Shown here in pieces: positions 29,669 through 39,392 of a stretch of DNA of 64,000 nucleotides. The stretch spans positions 1,022 to 65,021 of the forward strand of contig JADZEY010000089.1 of the NCBI GenBank assembly GCA_020850315.1, given 5' to 3'. The notes beneath the pieces are model-generated. The model did not search any database, was not told where the DNA came from, and saw only the letters and a list, made by a program, of their open reading frames with translations. The stretch is from Armatimonadota bacterium. GTDB taxonomy: Bacteria > Bacteroidota > Ignavibacteria > OLB7. The first letter of the stretch is position 1; every line of letters begins with the position of its first letter. The translations under genes were made by a program, and so were the position numbers.

Positions 29669-30249
29669 TTTTTGTGCTGGATAACTACGATTCTTTCACC
29701 TTCAACCTGGTGCAATACTTGGGTGAGCTTGGGGCCGATCCGGTGGTGGCTCGCAACGATGCTGTAAGCGTCCAGCAAGTGATGGCGATGAACCCGACGC
29801 ACATCGTCCTATCCCCCGGCCCCTGCACCCCGAACGATGCCGGAATTTTACTGGAGTTGATTGCCGCCGCTGCCGGAAGGATTCCGTTGCTGGGGGTTTG
29901 CCTGGGGCACCAAGCGATTGGGCAGGTTTTTGGTGGCGATGTTGTTCGGGCCGCAACGGTGATGCACGGCAAAACCGCCATGATCCACCACGACGGAACC
30001 GGCGTGCATTCCGGCGTGCCCGCGCCGTTCCAAGCCATGCGCTACCACTCGCTGATCCTTGCCGCCGAAACCGTTCCCGATCCCCTTCGCGTCACTGCTT
30101 GGACCGAGCATGGAGAGGTGATGGGGGTGGAGCATCGCCAGCTTCCGGTGGTTGGGGTGCAGTATCACCCCGAGTCCATTATGACCGATCACGGGCGGGA
30201 TATTCTCCGAAATTTTTTAGCCTACCGTACTCCCCGCCATGCTGGTTAA
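29665..30249 (+). CDS. pabA: Glutamine amidotransferase component II (PabA/TrpG)
   Basis: The class-I GATase triad context is present: LLGVCLGHQAIG and GVQYHPES. Its start overlaps the pabB stop by 4 bp. Confidence 0.85.
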   Translation: MIFVLDNYDSFTFNLVQYLGELGADPVVARNDAVSVQQVMAMNPTHIVLSPGPCTPNDAGILLELIAAAAGRIPLLGVCLGHQAIGQVFGGDVVRAATVMHGKTAMIHHDGTGVHSGVPAPFQAMRYHSLILAAETVPDPLRVTAWTEHGEVMGVEHRQLPVVGVQYHPESIMTDHGRDILRNFLAYRTPRHAG

Positions 30250-31069
30250 TCTCAACGGCCAACTTCTTCGGCAGGAGGAGGCGGTTGTCTCCCTGTTTGA
30301 TCGTGGCTTCCAGTTTGGCGATGGGTTGTTCGAGACGATGCGGAGTTACGGGGGGCGGGTGTATCTGCTTTCGCGGCATTTGGAGCGGCTGCGGGCCGGG
30401 GCGGAGTTGTTGGGGATACGGCTTCCGGAAGATAGTGAGTTAGCCAAACGGATTGCCGAAACCATTGCCGCGAACAACCTTCCCGATTGCGCTGTTCGGC
30501 TGACGGTCACGCGGGGCGTTTCGGAGAACGTGTTCGACATCCGCCCCGATGCCGAGCCAACGATAGCAATCCAACTCAGGCCGTTATTGCATTCTGGCGA
30601 CCAACCAGAAGCCATCATCACCGTAGCTGCCGACCCCAACGTTGGCGGCGGGGGGATGATAAAATCACTGAACTATTTGCGCTCGGTGCAGGCAGTGCGG
30701 AAGATTCGGGAAGCGGGGGTGCGGGAAGGGGTGATGGTGCGGGAAGATGGAGTAGTGTTGGAAGGGAGCGTCAGCAACATCTTCATGGTGAACAGCGGGA
30801 GAGTGATAACCCCACCAATCGGGTTAGGCATTCTTCCCGGGATCACTCGCCAGCGTGTGATAGAGCTTGCCCAAGAACTGAGTATCCCCACCGAAGAACG
30901 CCCCTTCACCATCGCCGAGCTACTGCGTGCCGATGAAATTTTCTACACAAACTCCGTGCGTGGGATTGTGCGGGTGGGGAGCGTTGATGGAGTTTCGCTT
31001 GGTAAAAGCTTGATTGCTCCAGCCATTGCCAGCAAGTATCAAGCCGATGTGTTTTTTAGGAACCATTAA
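30239..31069 (+). CDS. pabC: Aminodeoxychorismate lyase / class-IV aminotransferase
   Basis: The fold-type IV PLP motifs are present (FGDGLFETMRSY...; EGSVSNIFMV; GILPGITR). Its start overlaps the pabA stop. Confidence 0.7.
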   Translation: MLVNLNGQLLRQEEAVVSLFDRGFQFGDGLFETMRSYGGRVYLLSRHLERLRAGAELLGIRLPEDSELAKRIAETIAANNLPDCAVRLTVTRGVSENVFDIRPDAEPTIAIQLRPLLHSGDQPEAIITVAADPNVGGGGMIKSLNYLRSVQAVRKIREAGVREGVMVREDGVVLEGSVSNIFMVNSGRVITPPIGLGILPGITRQRVIELAQELSIPTEERPFTIAELLRADEIFYTNSVRGIVRVGSVDGVSLGKSLIAPAIASKYQADVFFRNH

Positions 31070-31893
31070 CTCCAATCACCTTCCCCCATCAACACCGCCA
31101 GCATCTCCTCCTCAATCTTTCCATTGGTTGCCAGCATTCGGTCGGTGGCCAGCAGCCCCTGGGTGGTGTTGGGGCCGTAGGAACTGATGTTTCCGCCGGC
31201 TTCCTGGACCATCAACGCTCCGGCGGCAATGTCCCACTCGTTCAGTTTCACTTCCCAAAAACCATCGAAGCGGCCGGCGGCAACGTAGGCCAAATCAAGC
31301 GCGGCGGAGCCAAGCCGCCGCACCGGAATCCCGCGCCGAACAAACGCCACAAAACTATCAATGCAGCCAAAAGGGTTTTCGGCAACGTTGTACGGGAAGC
31401 CCGTTACCAGCACCGATCCCACCAACCCAGGCGTTTCCGTAACCCGCAGCCGCCTGCCGTTCAGGAACGCGCCGCCCCCTTTGGCCGCCGTGAACAGCTC
31501 ACCAACATTGGGATTGGCAATCACCCCAACTAACGGTTCGTTGTTGGCCACCGCCGCAATGGAAACGCACCAAATCGGGATGCCATGCGCGTAGTTGACG
31601 GTTCCATCAATCGGGTCCACCACCCACGTAAGCTCCGTTAGGTCGCGGTTCCCTCCGGTCTCCTCGCCAAGAAATTTCGCATTGGGCAAATGGCCCCGCA
31701 CAATCTCCTGGATCAGCTTCTCGCTGGCAAGGTCCATCTCCGTCACAAGGTCGTGCGCCCCGCCCGGCTTCAGCCGCACATCCATATCGGTGCCGAAACG
31801 GGAGGCAAGAAGTTGCGCGGCAGTGTCGGCGGCTTCGGTGGCGATTTCCAGCAACTGCCGAAGGTTGCTGCTGGTGAATTGTTCGTTCTCCAT
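31066..31893 (-). CDS. suhB: Inositol monophosphatase family protein
   Basis: The IMPase motifs are present: WVVDPIDGTVNYAHGIP and WDIAAGALMVQEAGG. Confidence 0.85.
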   Translation of the reverse strand: MENEQFTSSNLRQLLEIATEAADTAAQLLASRFGTDMDVRLKPGGAHDLVTEMDLASEKLIQEIVRGHLPNAKFLGEETGGNRDLTELTWVVDPIDGTVNYAHGIPIWCVSIAAVANNEPLVGVIANPNVGELFTAAKGGGAFLNGRRLRVTETPGLVGSVLVTGFPYNVAENPFGCIDSFVAFVRRGIPVRRLGSAALDLAYVAAGRFDGFWEVKLNEWDIAAGALMVQEAGGNISSYGPNTTQGLLATDRMLATNGKIEEEMLAVLMGEGDWS

Positions 31894-31898
31894 CTGAA

Positions 31899-33032
31899 TT
31901 ATTTCTCCCCCCGAAGCACCCGTTCGTAGTAGGCTTCGTATTTGGCCACAATATCAACCGCATCGAAATTCTTCACGGCGCGCTCGCGTGCGGCGGTGCT
32001 GAACTGAGCATATTTTTTTGGATGAGTGAGTAGGTCAATGGCGTACCGCGCCATTCGGTCGGTGTCGCCGATTTCGCAGATGTAGCCGGTGGTTCCGTGA
32101 AGGTTCAGCTCGGGCAAGCCGCCAACCGAACTGGTGAGTGCTGGCAATCCGCAGGCCATGGCCTCCAGCGCCGAAAGCCCAAAACTTTCCGATTGGCTTG
32201 GCATCAGGAACAGGTCGCTGGCGGAAAAAATCTCCGAAAGGCCAGTTTGCTTTCCCAAAAACAGCACATCGTCGCAGATGCCAAGCTCGCGGCACATCCG
32301 TTCGGCTTCGGCGCGGTCGGGGCCATCGCCCACCATAATCAGTTTGCTGGGGATTGTTTTGTGAATCTGATCGAAGGTCCGCACCACATCCAACACCCGT
32401 TTCACCGGGCGGAACGTGCTGACGTGAACCAGAACCTTCTCCCCGTTTGGTGCCCATTGCGCCCGCAGGCGGCTTCCATCCTGGCGTTTCCATTCATCAA
32501 TGTTGACGAAGTTCGGGATCACCTCAATCGGGACATCGAGGTTGAAATTGGTCAACGTTTTCTCCCGCAGGAATCGGCTAACGGTGGTGATGCCGTCCGA
32601 TTTATCAATCGAGAAACGGACCAGCGGAAGCATCGTGGGATCCAGCCCAATCAGGGTGATGTCGGTTCCGTGCAGGGTGGTGATGATCTTGATGTCGCGC
32701 CCCTGCTCGTTCAGTATCAGCTTGGCCATGTAGGCACTGCTGGCGTGGGGGATTGCGTAGTGGACGTGAAGAATGTCAAGGTCGTCGTACAGCACCACAT
32801 CCACCATTTTACTGGTGAGCGAAAGGGAGTACAGGTCAACCTCGAACAAGGGGTAATCGGGCAACTCTACTTCGTGGAAGTAGATATTCTGCATAAATCC
32901 GTTCAGCCGGAACGGAAGCGCGTAGCTGATGAAATGGACGTTGTGCCCGCGTGCTGCTAATTCTTTTCCCAGCTCGGTTGCCACAACGCCACTTCCGCCG
33001 TAGGTAGGGTAACAGGTAATGCCTATGTTCAT
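31899..33032 (-). CDS. bshA: GT4 glycosyltransferase, N-acetyl-alpha-D-glucosaminyl L-malate synthase (bacillithiol biosynthesis BshA-like)
   Basis: MNIGITCYPTYGGSGVVATELGKELAARGH closely matches the BshA N-terminus, and the EAMACGLP GT4 motif is present. The 469-aa ORF was trimmed to this Met. Confidence 0.75.
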   Translation of the reverse strand: MNIGITCYPTYGGSGVVATELGKELAARGHNVHFISYALPFRLNGFMQNIYFHEVELPDYPLFEVDLYSLSLTSKMVDVVLYDDLDILHVHYAIPHASSAYMAKLILNEQGRDIKIITTLHGTDITLIGLDPTMLPLVRFSIDKSDGITTVSRFLREKTLTNFNLDVPIEVIPNFVNIDEWKRQDGSRLRAQWAPNGEKVLVHVSTFRPVKRVLDVVRTFDQIHKTIPSKLIMVGDGPDRAEAERMCRELGICDDVLFLGKQTGLSEIFSASDLFLMPSQSESFGLSALEAMACGLPALTSSVGGLPELNLHGTTGYICEIGDTDRMARYAIDLLTHPKKYAQFSTAARERAVKNFDAVDIVAKYEAYYERVLRGEK

Positions 33033-33144
33033 GGAAGCCAAGTTACAACAATGGGCCAAAGAAGCGCGGCCATGGTTCCATGACGCAGTGTTAATGATGT
33101 GTAGATGTGTCCGAGCATAGATTTTTTGCTCAAGAATTGCGATT

Positions 33145-33786
33145 ATGCCGACGAGGAGAGTACAGAATATGGCATTGGTAAAGCCGTTCAAATCCATTGG
33201 AACAAGGGTGCGCCAGGAGCTGAAGGTTCGCGGTTCCCGATTTATTGGAACCGCCATTCCCGTTTCCGGGCGCGATGACATTGACCGCGAGCTTGCCGAA
33301 ATCCGCAAGGAGTTCTGGGATGCAACCCATAACTGCTACGCTTGGCGGCTTGCTCCCGATGGCCTTCAGTATCGTTTCTCCGACGACGGCGAACCAACTG
33401 GCTCCGCCGGAAAACCTATCCTGTTTGTGATGCAGCAGCGCGAACTGCTGAACACCCTTGTGGTGGTGACGCGCTACTTTGGCGGGGTGAAGTTGGGGGT
33501 TGGTGGGCTGGTCCGCGCCTACGGCGATGCGGCCGCCCAAGCCTTGAATGCCACGGACATTATTACCACGTATCCAAGCAGCAATTACCGAGTTTTTACC
33601 CCTTACGAGGATATGAAGGTTGTGCGCCCACTGGTGGAGCGGTACGCGCTGAAGTTCGAGGAGGAGTTTCTGGATGTTGTGACCTACACCGTCACCATCC
33701 GCAGCGACCACGCCGAAGAATTCCAGGCCCTGATAACCGAGTCGTCGCAGGGGAGGGCAGGGGTGGTGGGGATTGAGGGGAAGTGA
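33145..33786 (+). CDS. IMPACT/YigZ family protein (UPF0029)
   Basis: Conserved RGSRFIG...CYAWRL...DDGEP.GSAG.PIL... blocks are present. Confidence 0.75.
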   Translation: MPTRRVQNMALVKPFKSIGTRVRQELKVRGSRFIGTAIPVSGRDDIDRELAEIRKEFWDATHNCYAWRLAPDGLQYRFSDDGEPTGSAGKPILFVMQQRELLNTLVVVTRYFGGVKLGVGGLVRAYGDAAAQALNATDIITTYPSSNYRVFTPYEDMKVVRPLVERYALKFEEEFLDVVTYTVTIRSDHAEEFQALITESSQGRAGVVGIEGK

Positions 33787-33849
33787 CGAATGTCGAAAAT
33801 CCTACTAATCCTGTCAATCCAAAAATCCTGACTCAGACTTCTTACCCCC

Positions 33850-35568
33850 ATGCCCCCTCTCGCGTATTTCCTTCTACTCTTGGCTCCATTATCTGTTGGA
33901 TTGGCGCAAGACAGGGATAGCGTTGTGATACTTGGAGCAACAGCGTTCCCGATTAAGTTGCTGCAAGGGGAAATTGCTGGAATGCCGATTGATTCTGCCG
34001 TTGCCAACCTTCGCCAATTCTACTTCCAAGAAGGTTTTTTGGATGCTGATGTTCGCCGCCAGGGGAATGCGCTGTTGATTCAGGAGGGGCGCGGGTATCG
34101 GTTTGGGAAGGTGAAAGAATCGGTTGTTTCCGCTGATTCACTTTCTGCAATCCCTAATTTTGATCCGCTACTGCTTGCGGGGGAACGCTACCGCGCCTCA
34201 CTTCTTGAAGAACTGCTCCGCAATCGGCTTGCGTTATTTGCCGAACAGGGTTATCCGCTTGCTTCGGCCCAGATACAGCCCACAGTAGATACCGCCACCG
34301 CCACCATTGATGTAGGGATAGCACTGCACACCGGGGAGAGGGTGCGGATCAGCAAGATTGATGTTCTTGGTTCCAGCAACGCAGCCCCGTTGGTGCGCGC
34401 TGCTGCCCGGCTGAAACCGGATGAGCCGTTCACCCCGGCGGTGTCGCAGGCAATCCGCCAACGGCTTACCCGGCTTGCCCTTTTTAGCGAAGTGGCCGAG
34501 CCGCAGCTGTTCCGCTACGACAGTGCCGGTGCGGGAAGCCGCTACGGGCTGCTGCTGCAAGTAACCCCGGGAAGTGCCAACAGCTTCGATGGCATCATCG
34601 GCTACCAGCCTGCGGTGACGGCTGGGGAGAGCGGGGCGTTCACGGGGTATCTGAGCGTTGTGCTGCGGGATCTGTTTGGGGCGGGGCGGCGGGTTTCGGC
34701 GCAGGTGCAATTTCCCGGGAAAGGGGCGCAAGAGCTATCGCTGGGGTACTCCGAGCTCTACATTTTCCGGCTGCCGCTCAACTTCCAATTCGATTATCGC
34801 CAGAACCAGGAGGCCGCAACCCCGGGGCTTACCAGCTACCTCCAGCGGTTCCTTGCTGCGGATCTTTCGTATGAGTTCGCCGATGCTTGGCGGGTTCGCG
34901 TTGGCGGAGATTACGAAGCAACCATCCCCACCCCCGACTCCACCGGCGATTGCTCCCGCCAGTTGCTGAACAGTAGCCTTCTTGGTTCCACCGTTGCCAT
35001 TGTGTTCGATAATCGCTCCAACCCGTACAGCCCCCGTTCTGGAGTTCGGTACAGCACCAGCTACCAGTTCGCCGGAAGAACAATCAACGGCCCGCTGCCA
35101 TGTGTTGATTCCACACTGCCAACCAACACCGCCCGGCAAAAAGTAGATGTTGACCTTGAAGCCTACTGGCCAATCGCCCGAACGATAGTGGTGGCAACGG
35201 GGCTGCATGGCGGCCAAGTGGATGGCGGGGTGGTGGATGAAAGCGACCTCTATTTCGTTGGCGGGCAATCAACCGTGCGGGGGTATTACGAACGCCAGTT
35301 CCGGGCGGCGCGGCGCGCTTGGGGGGGGATGGAGTTCCGGTTGCTGTTGTCGGAGCTATCCTACGTCGCGCTGTTTTTGGATGGAGGTTGGTACCAACGC
35401 CCCGCAACCCGCACCGGCGGCCTTGCAGCAAGCGATTGGCTGGCCGGCTACGGCGTTGCTGGCCAAATCGAAACCCCGCTTGGGCTGGCTCGCATCGGCT
35501 TTGCCCTTAGCCGCGACGACACGCCAGAAACCGGAAAGGTATTTGTGGGACTGGTGAACCAATTCTGA
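33850..35568 (+). CDS. Outer-membrane protein of the BamA/TamA (Omp85) family
   Basis: It has a signal peptide, N-terminal POTRA-like segments and a C-terminal beta-barrel with alternating aromatic/hydrophobic strands. It ends with the Omp85 terminal pattern ...GFALSRDDTPETGKVFVGLVNQF. Confidence 0.65.
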   Translation: MPPLAYFLLLLAPLSVGLAQDRDSVVILGATAFPIKLLQGEIAGMPIDSAVANLRQFYFQEGFLDADVRRQGNALLIQEGRGYRFGKVKESVVSADSLSAIPNFDPLLLAGERYRASLLEELLRNRLALFAEQGYPLASAQIQPTVDTATATIDVGIALHTGERVRISKIDVLGSSNAAPLVRAAARLKPDEPFTPAVSQAIRQRLTRLALFSEVAEPQLFRYDSAGAGSRYGLLLQVTPGSANSFDGIIGYQPAVTAGESGAFTGYLSVVLRDLFGAGRRVSAQVQFPGKGAQELSLGYSELYIFRLPLNFQFDYRQNQEAATPGLTSYLQRFLAADLSYEFADAWRVRVGGDYEATIPTPDSTGDCSRQLLNSSLLGSTVAIVFDNRSNPYSPRSGVRYSTSYQFAGRTINGPLPCVDSTLPTNTARQKVDVDLEAYWPIARTIVVATGLHGGQVDGGVVDESDLYFVGGQSTVRGYYERQFRAARRAWGGMEFRLLLSELSYVALFLDGGWYQRPATRTGGLAASDWLAGYGVAGQIETPLGLARIGFALSRDDTPETGKVFVGLVNQF

Positions 35569-35705
35569 TTTCTGAACGCCCCAAATACAGTTAGAAAGTA
35601 TGAACACAGCAACCGATTGGCCGGTTCTTCCTACGCCCCCATGTATATTTGCCCGCTGTTTTCAGCAAAAAACGATCTACACAAACACAACTCAGCCATA
35701 GCATC

Positions 35706-36446
35706 ATGAACATAGTTGTCTGCGTTAGCCACACGCCCGACACCGCAACCAAAATCGTTGTTGGGGCCGATGGCAAAACGATTGACCCCAAAGGGGTGAA
35801 ATTTATCCCCAATCCCTACGATGAATTTGCCGTTGAAGAAGGCCTTCGCCGCCGCGACAGTGGCACGCTAACCCTGCTTTGTGTTGGGGACGATTCCGCA
35901 AAGGAAACCCTCCGCTGGGGTCTTGCCGTTGGTGCCGATAAAGCCGTGCTGATTAAAGATGCGCAGCGGAACGACTCCTTCAGCGTGGCAAACTCACTTG
36001 CCGAAGCAATCAAGGGGTTAAGCCCCGATCTGGTTCTGGTTGGTCGCCAATCCATTGATTACGATTCGGCCCAAGTTGGCCCAATGCTTGCCGAACTGCT
36101 AGACCTTCCGGTGGTTAGCTTTGTCACCAGCTTCCAAATCAACGGCACAACCCTTATTGCCGAGCGCGATGTGGAAGGGGGGAAGGAAGTGGTGGAGACA
36201 ACGCTCCCCTGCATCATCACCGCACAAAAAGGTTTGAACGAGCCACGCTACCCGAAGCTCCCCGACATCATGAAAGCCAAAGCCAAACCGATTGAGGAAC
36301 GCCCTGCAGCCAGCACGCCGGACCGCACCCGGACGATTGGAATGCGCCTGCCAGAGAAAAAGCAGGGAGGGAAAATCCTAGAGTTCTCGCCCGAGAACGT
36401 CCGCGAATTGGTTCGGCTTCTGCATGAGGAAGCAAAGGTCATTTAA
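35706..36446 (+). CDS. etfB: Electron transfer flavoprotein beta subunit
   Basis: MNIVVCVSHTPDTATKIVVGADGKTIDPKGVKFIPNPYDEFAVEEGLR is the canonical EtfB N-terminus. The ORF was trimmed to this ATG. Confidence 0.85.
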   Translation: MNIVVCVSHTPDTATKIVVGADGKTIDPKGVKFIPNPYDEFAVEEGLRRRDSGTLTLLCVGDDSAKETLRWGLAVGADKAVLIKDAQRNDSFSVANSLAEAIKGLSPDLVLVGRQSIDYDSAQVGPMLAELLDLPVVSFVTSFQINGTTLIAERDVEGGKEVVETTLPCIITAQKGLNEPRYPKLPDIMKAKAKPIEERPAASTPDRTRTIGMRLPEKKQGGKILEFSPENVRELVRLLHEEAKVI

Positions 36447-36500
36447 GCTACTCCATCCATCCACTGCTTCTGTTTTACCAAACCTTCAAGAACAAACACC

Positions 36501-37475
36501 ATGACTATCCTTGCATATATCGAGCAACGCGGCGGGCAACTGAAGAAAAACGCATTTGAAACTATCACCGCCGCACGGAACCTTGCTGCCAGCACAGGGG
36601 GGAAGTTTTCGGCATTGCTGGTGGGGGATGGCGTTGCAGGGCTGGCCAGCCAGCTTGCCCCGTACGGCGCGGCTGATGTTATCGTGGTTGAGGATGCCCG
36701 GCTTGCGCAGTTTTCATCCGGTGCGGTCAGCACCGCAATCGCAGCGGTTGCCGTTGCCGAATCGGCCAACGTTGTGCTTATCAGCAACACCTTGCACGGC
36801 AAGGACCTTGCGCCACGGGTTGCCGTGAAGCTATCGGCCGGTTTGGTTCCCGACTGCGTTGGCTTGGATATTAACGACGGCAACGTGGTGGCCACGCGCC
36901 CGGTCTTTGCTGGCAAAGCCCGCGTTGACGTAGCCGTCACCACTCCGAACAAAGTCTTCTCACTCCGTCCGAACGTCTTCACTGCCACGGCTGTGGAAGG
37001 GGTTTCCGCTGCCGCGCGCTCGGCATCAGTGAATTTTGGGGAGAAGGATTTCGCAACCCGGGTTGTGGAAACCAAGCTGAACACCGGGAAGAAAGATGTT
37101 GCCGAAGCTGACGTTATCGTCTCCGGCGGACGTGGCTTCAAGGGGCCGGAAAATTTCAATCTGGTGGAGAATCTTGCCGAGGCGTTTGGCGGTGCTGTGG
37201 GCGCGTCGCGTGCGGTGGTGGATGCCGGCTGGCGGCCGCACTCCGAACAAGTTGGGCAAACCGGAAAAACCGTTTCGCCATCGCTGTACGTTGCCTGTGC
37301 AATCAGCGGAGCCGTCCAGCATCTTGCAGGAATGTCAAGCTCGAAGTACATTGTTGCCATCAACAAGGACAAAGACGCGCCGATCTTTGGCGTTGCCGAT
37401 TACGGCATTATTGGGGATGTTTTCGAGGTGCTTCCGGCCCTTACCCAAGAAGTGAACGCGCTGCATGGCAAGTAA
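36501..37475 (+). CDS. etfA: Electron transfer flavoprotein alpha subunit
   Basis: The FAD-binding C-terminal region VVDAGWRPHSEQVGQTGKTVSPSLYVACAISGAVQHLAGM is present. The gene follows etfB. Confidence 0.88.
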   Translation: MTILAYIEQRGGQLKKNAFETITAARNLAASTGGKFSALLVGDGVAGLASQLAPYGAADVIVVEDARLAQFSSGAVSTAIAAVAVAESANVVLISNTLHGKDLAPRVAVKLSAGLVPDCVGLDINDGNVVATRPVFAGKARVDVAVTTPNKVFSLRPNVFTATAVEGVSAAARSASVNFGEKDFATRVVETKLNTGKKDVAEADVIVSGGRGFKGPENFNLVENLAEAFGGAVGASRAVVDAGWRPHSEQVGQTGKTVSPSLYVACAISGAVQHLAGMSSSKYIVAINKDKDAPIFGVADYGIIGDVFEVLPALTQEVNALHGK

Positions 37476-37544
37476 GCCAAGCAGTACAAGCAGGGCTATG
37501 TGAGCGGGGAGACAAGGGGGGCTTGAACCTTCAATGGAACGCAA

Positions 37545-38162
37545 TTGATGAATGGCATGGATAGAGTTCAAATGGAAATCATCGGGCTAACCAGCAGCCC
37601 TCAAACAAGCGGATCGTACGCGCTGATCTTGCAGGAAACCGGCGGTATTCGTCGGCTATCCATCCTGATTGGTGGTGACCTTGCCCAAGTGATCGCGCTG
37701 GAACTGGAAAGCCTGAAGCCCCCCCGCCCAATCACCCACGACCTGATGAAGGCGATGATTGATGCGTTGGGTGTCCGCCTGTTGGATGTGTGCATCACCG
37801 AACTGCGCGAAAGCACATTCTACGCCGTGCTGAATATCGAAGGCGTTGGCGAACCGATTGATGCCCGTCCATCCGATGCCATTGCCCTGGCAATCCGTTG
37901 CGGAGCCGGTATCTACGTTGCCGAAGCAGTGCTTGCCGAGGCCGGAGTGCTACCAAACGATGACGAAGATTTTGACGACGACGAGGAGGATGAGAACGAC
38001 CGGTTCGAGGGGGAAGCAGAAGCGGAGGAATCGAAACCCGAACGTCCCAAAACCCTTCGGGAAGTCTTGCAAGGGAAATTAGATGTGGCAGTGAAACAGG
38101 AAGACTACGAGCGGGCCGCACAGATCAGGGATGAGATTGACCGCTTGGATCGAAACAGCTAA
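37545..38162 (+). CDS. Bifunctional nuclease family protein (DUF151/BFN domain) with a C-terminal UVR motif
   Basis: The BFN-domain core ([29 protein letters not shown]...RPITHDLM) is followed by an acidic linker and a UvrB/C-type motif ([24 protein letters not shown]). Confidence 0.7.
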   Translation: MMNGMDRVQMEIIGLTSSPQTSGSYALILQETGGIRRLSILIGGDLAQVIALELESLKPPRPITHDLMKAMIDALGVRLLDVCITELRESTFYAVLNIEGVGEPIDARPSDAIALAIRCGAGIYVAEAVLAEAGVLPNDDEDFDDDEEDENDRFEGEAEAEESKPERPKTLREVLQGKLDVAVKQEDYERAAQIRDEIDRLDRNS

Positions 38163-38198
38163 ATCACGCGCCAACGCGGGCATCGACCCGATACCATC

Positions 38199-38241
38199 CA
38201 ACGCGGGCATGGAAACACTTCCAAGCCCGCGTTCCCTTTTT
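38199..38241 (+). terminator. Rho-independent terminator after the bifunctional nuclease gene
   Basis: The hairpin AACGCGGGC...GCCCGCGTT is followed by CCCTTTTT. A partial direct copy of the left arm lies upstream. Confidence 0.6.
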
Positions 38242-38332
38242 ACGAGCTGCTTTGCGTTGTCTTTTTCTGGCCTTCAACTATCTTGCTGCGGCCATCAGCG
38301 TACCAACGCAAACACAACCCAACACCACAACA

Positions 38333-39373
38333 ATGGAACAGCCGAAAGGAAGCCGTAAATCAGTTAGCCAGCAAGTTCAAAGCACCGTTGAATCGGAAAT
38401 TGAGGCAGCACTGCGCCCCAGTGGATTCCATGAATTCACCGGGCAAAGCAAAGTGGTGGATAACCTGATGGTGTTTATCAAAGCCGCAAAAATGAGGGAG
38501 GAAGCGCTGGATCACGTGTTGTTCACCGGCCCGCCGGGGCTTGGCAAAACCACGCTCAGCTACATCATCGCCAACGAGATGAGTGCCGAAATTAAAACCA
38601 CCAGCGGGCCAGTGCTGGAAAAACCCGGAGACCTTGCCGGATTGCTAACCGGACTGAACCATGGCGACATCCTGTTCATTGATGAAATCCACCGCCTAAG
38701 CCCTGTGGTGGAGGAATACTTATACTCGGCAATGGAGGATTACCGGATTGACATTATGATTGACTCCGGCCCGAACGCGCGTTCGGTGCAGCTGACTATC
38801 CCGCAGTTCACGTTGGTGGGGGCAACCACACGCCAGGGGCTGCTGACGGCTCCGTTGCGTAGCCGGTTCGGGATCATCAATCGGCTGGATTACTACTCGG
38901 TGGAGGATCTGTTCCACGTCATCAATCGGTCGGCTGCAATCTTAAATATCCCGATTGAGGTGGAGGGGGCGTATGAGGTTTCGCGGCGTTCGCGTGGGAC
39001 CCCACGCATTGCCAACCGGCTGCTGCGCCGCACCCGCGATTTTGCCGATGTGAAAGGGAACGGCATCATCACCAAACACATTGCCGACTACGCCCTTGCT
39101 CAACTTGAAGTTGATGAGCATGGCCTTGATGAAATGGACAAACGGATTCTGGTGGCAATCATGGAGAAGTTCAACGGCGGGCCAGTCGGGCTAAACACGC
39201 TGGCGATTGCCGTTGGCGAGGAACCAGGAACCATCGAGGAAGTCTATGAGCCGTATCTGATCCAAGAAGGATTCATGCAGCGGACCCCCCGTGGCCGCGA
39301 AACCACTCCGCTTGCCTATCGCCATTTTGGAATTGAACGGAAAACTGGCGACCAGCAGGGGTTGGGGATTTAG
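38333..39373 (+). CDS. ruvB: Holliday junction branch-migration ATPase RuvB
   Basis: The motifs [24 protein letters not shown] and the RuvB winged-helix C-terminus are present. The start was trimmed to MEQPKGSRK. Confidence 0.9.
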   Translation: MEQPKGSRKSVSQQVQSTVESEIEAALRPSGFHEFTGQSKVVDNLMVFIKAAKMREEALDHVLFTGPPGLGKTTLSYIIANEMSAEIKTTSGPVLEKPGDLAGLLTGLNHGDILFIDEIHRLSPVVEEYLYSAMEDYRIDIMIDSGPNARSVQLTIPQFTLVGATTRQGLLTAPLRSRFGIINRLDYYSVEDLFHVINRSAAILNIPIEVEGAYEVSRRSRGTPRIANRLLRRTRDFADVKGNGIITKHIADYALAQLEVDEHGLDEMDKRILVAIMEKFNGGPVGLNTLAIAVGEEPGTIEEVYEPYLIQEGFMQRTPRGRETTPLAYRHFGIERKTGDQQGLGI

Positions 39374-39392
39374 GTGGCGAGTGCAAGGTGAG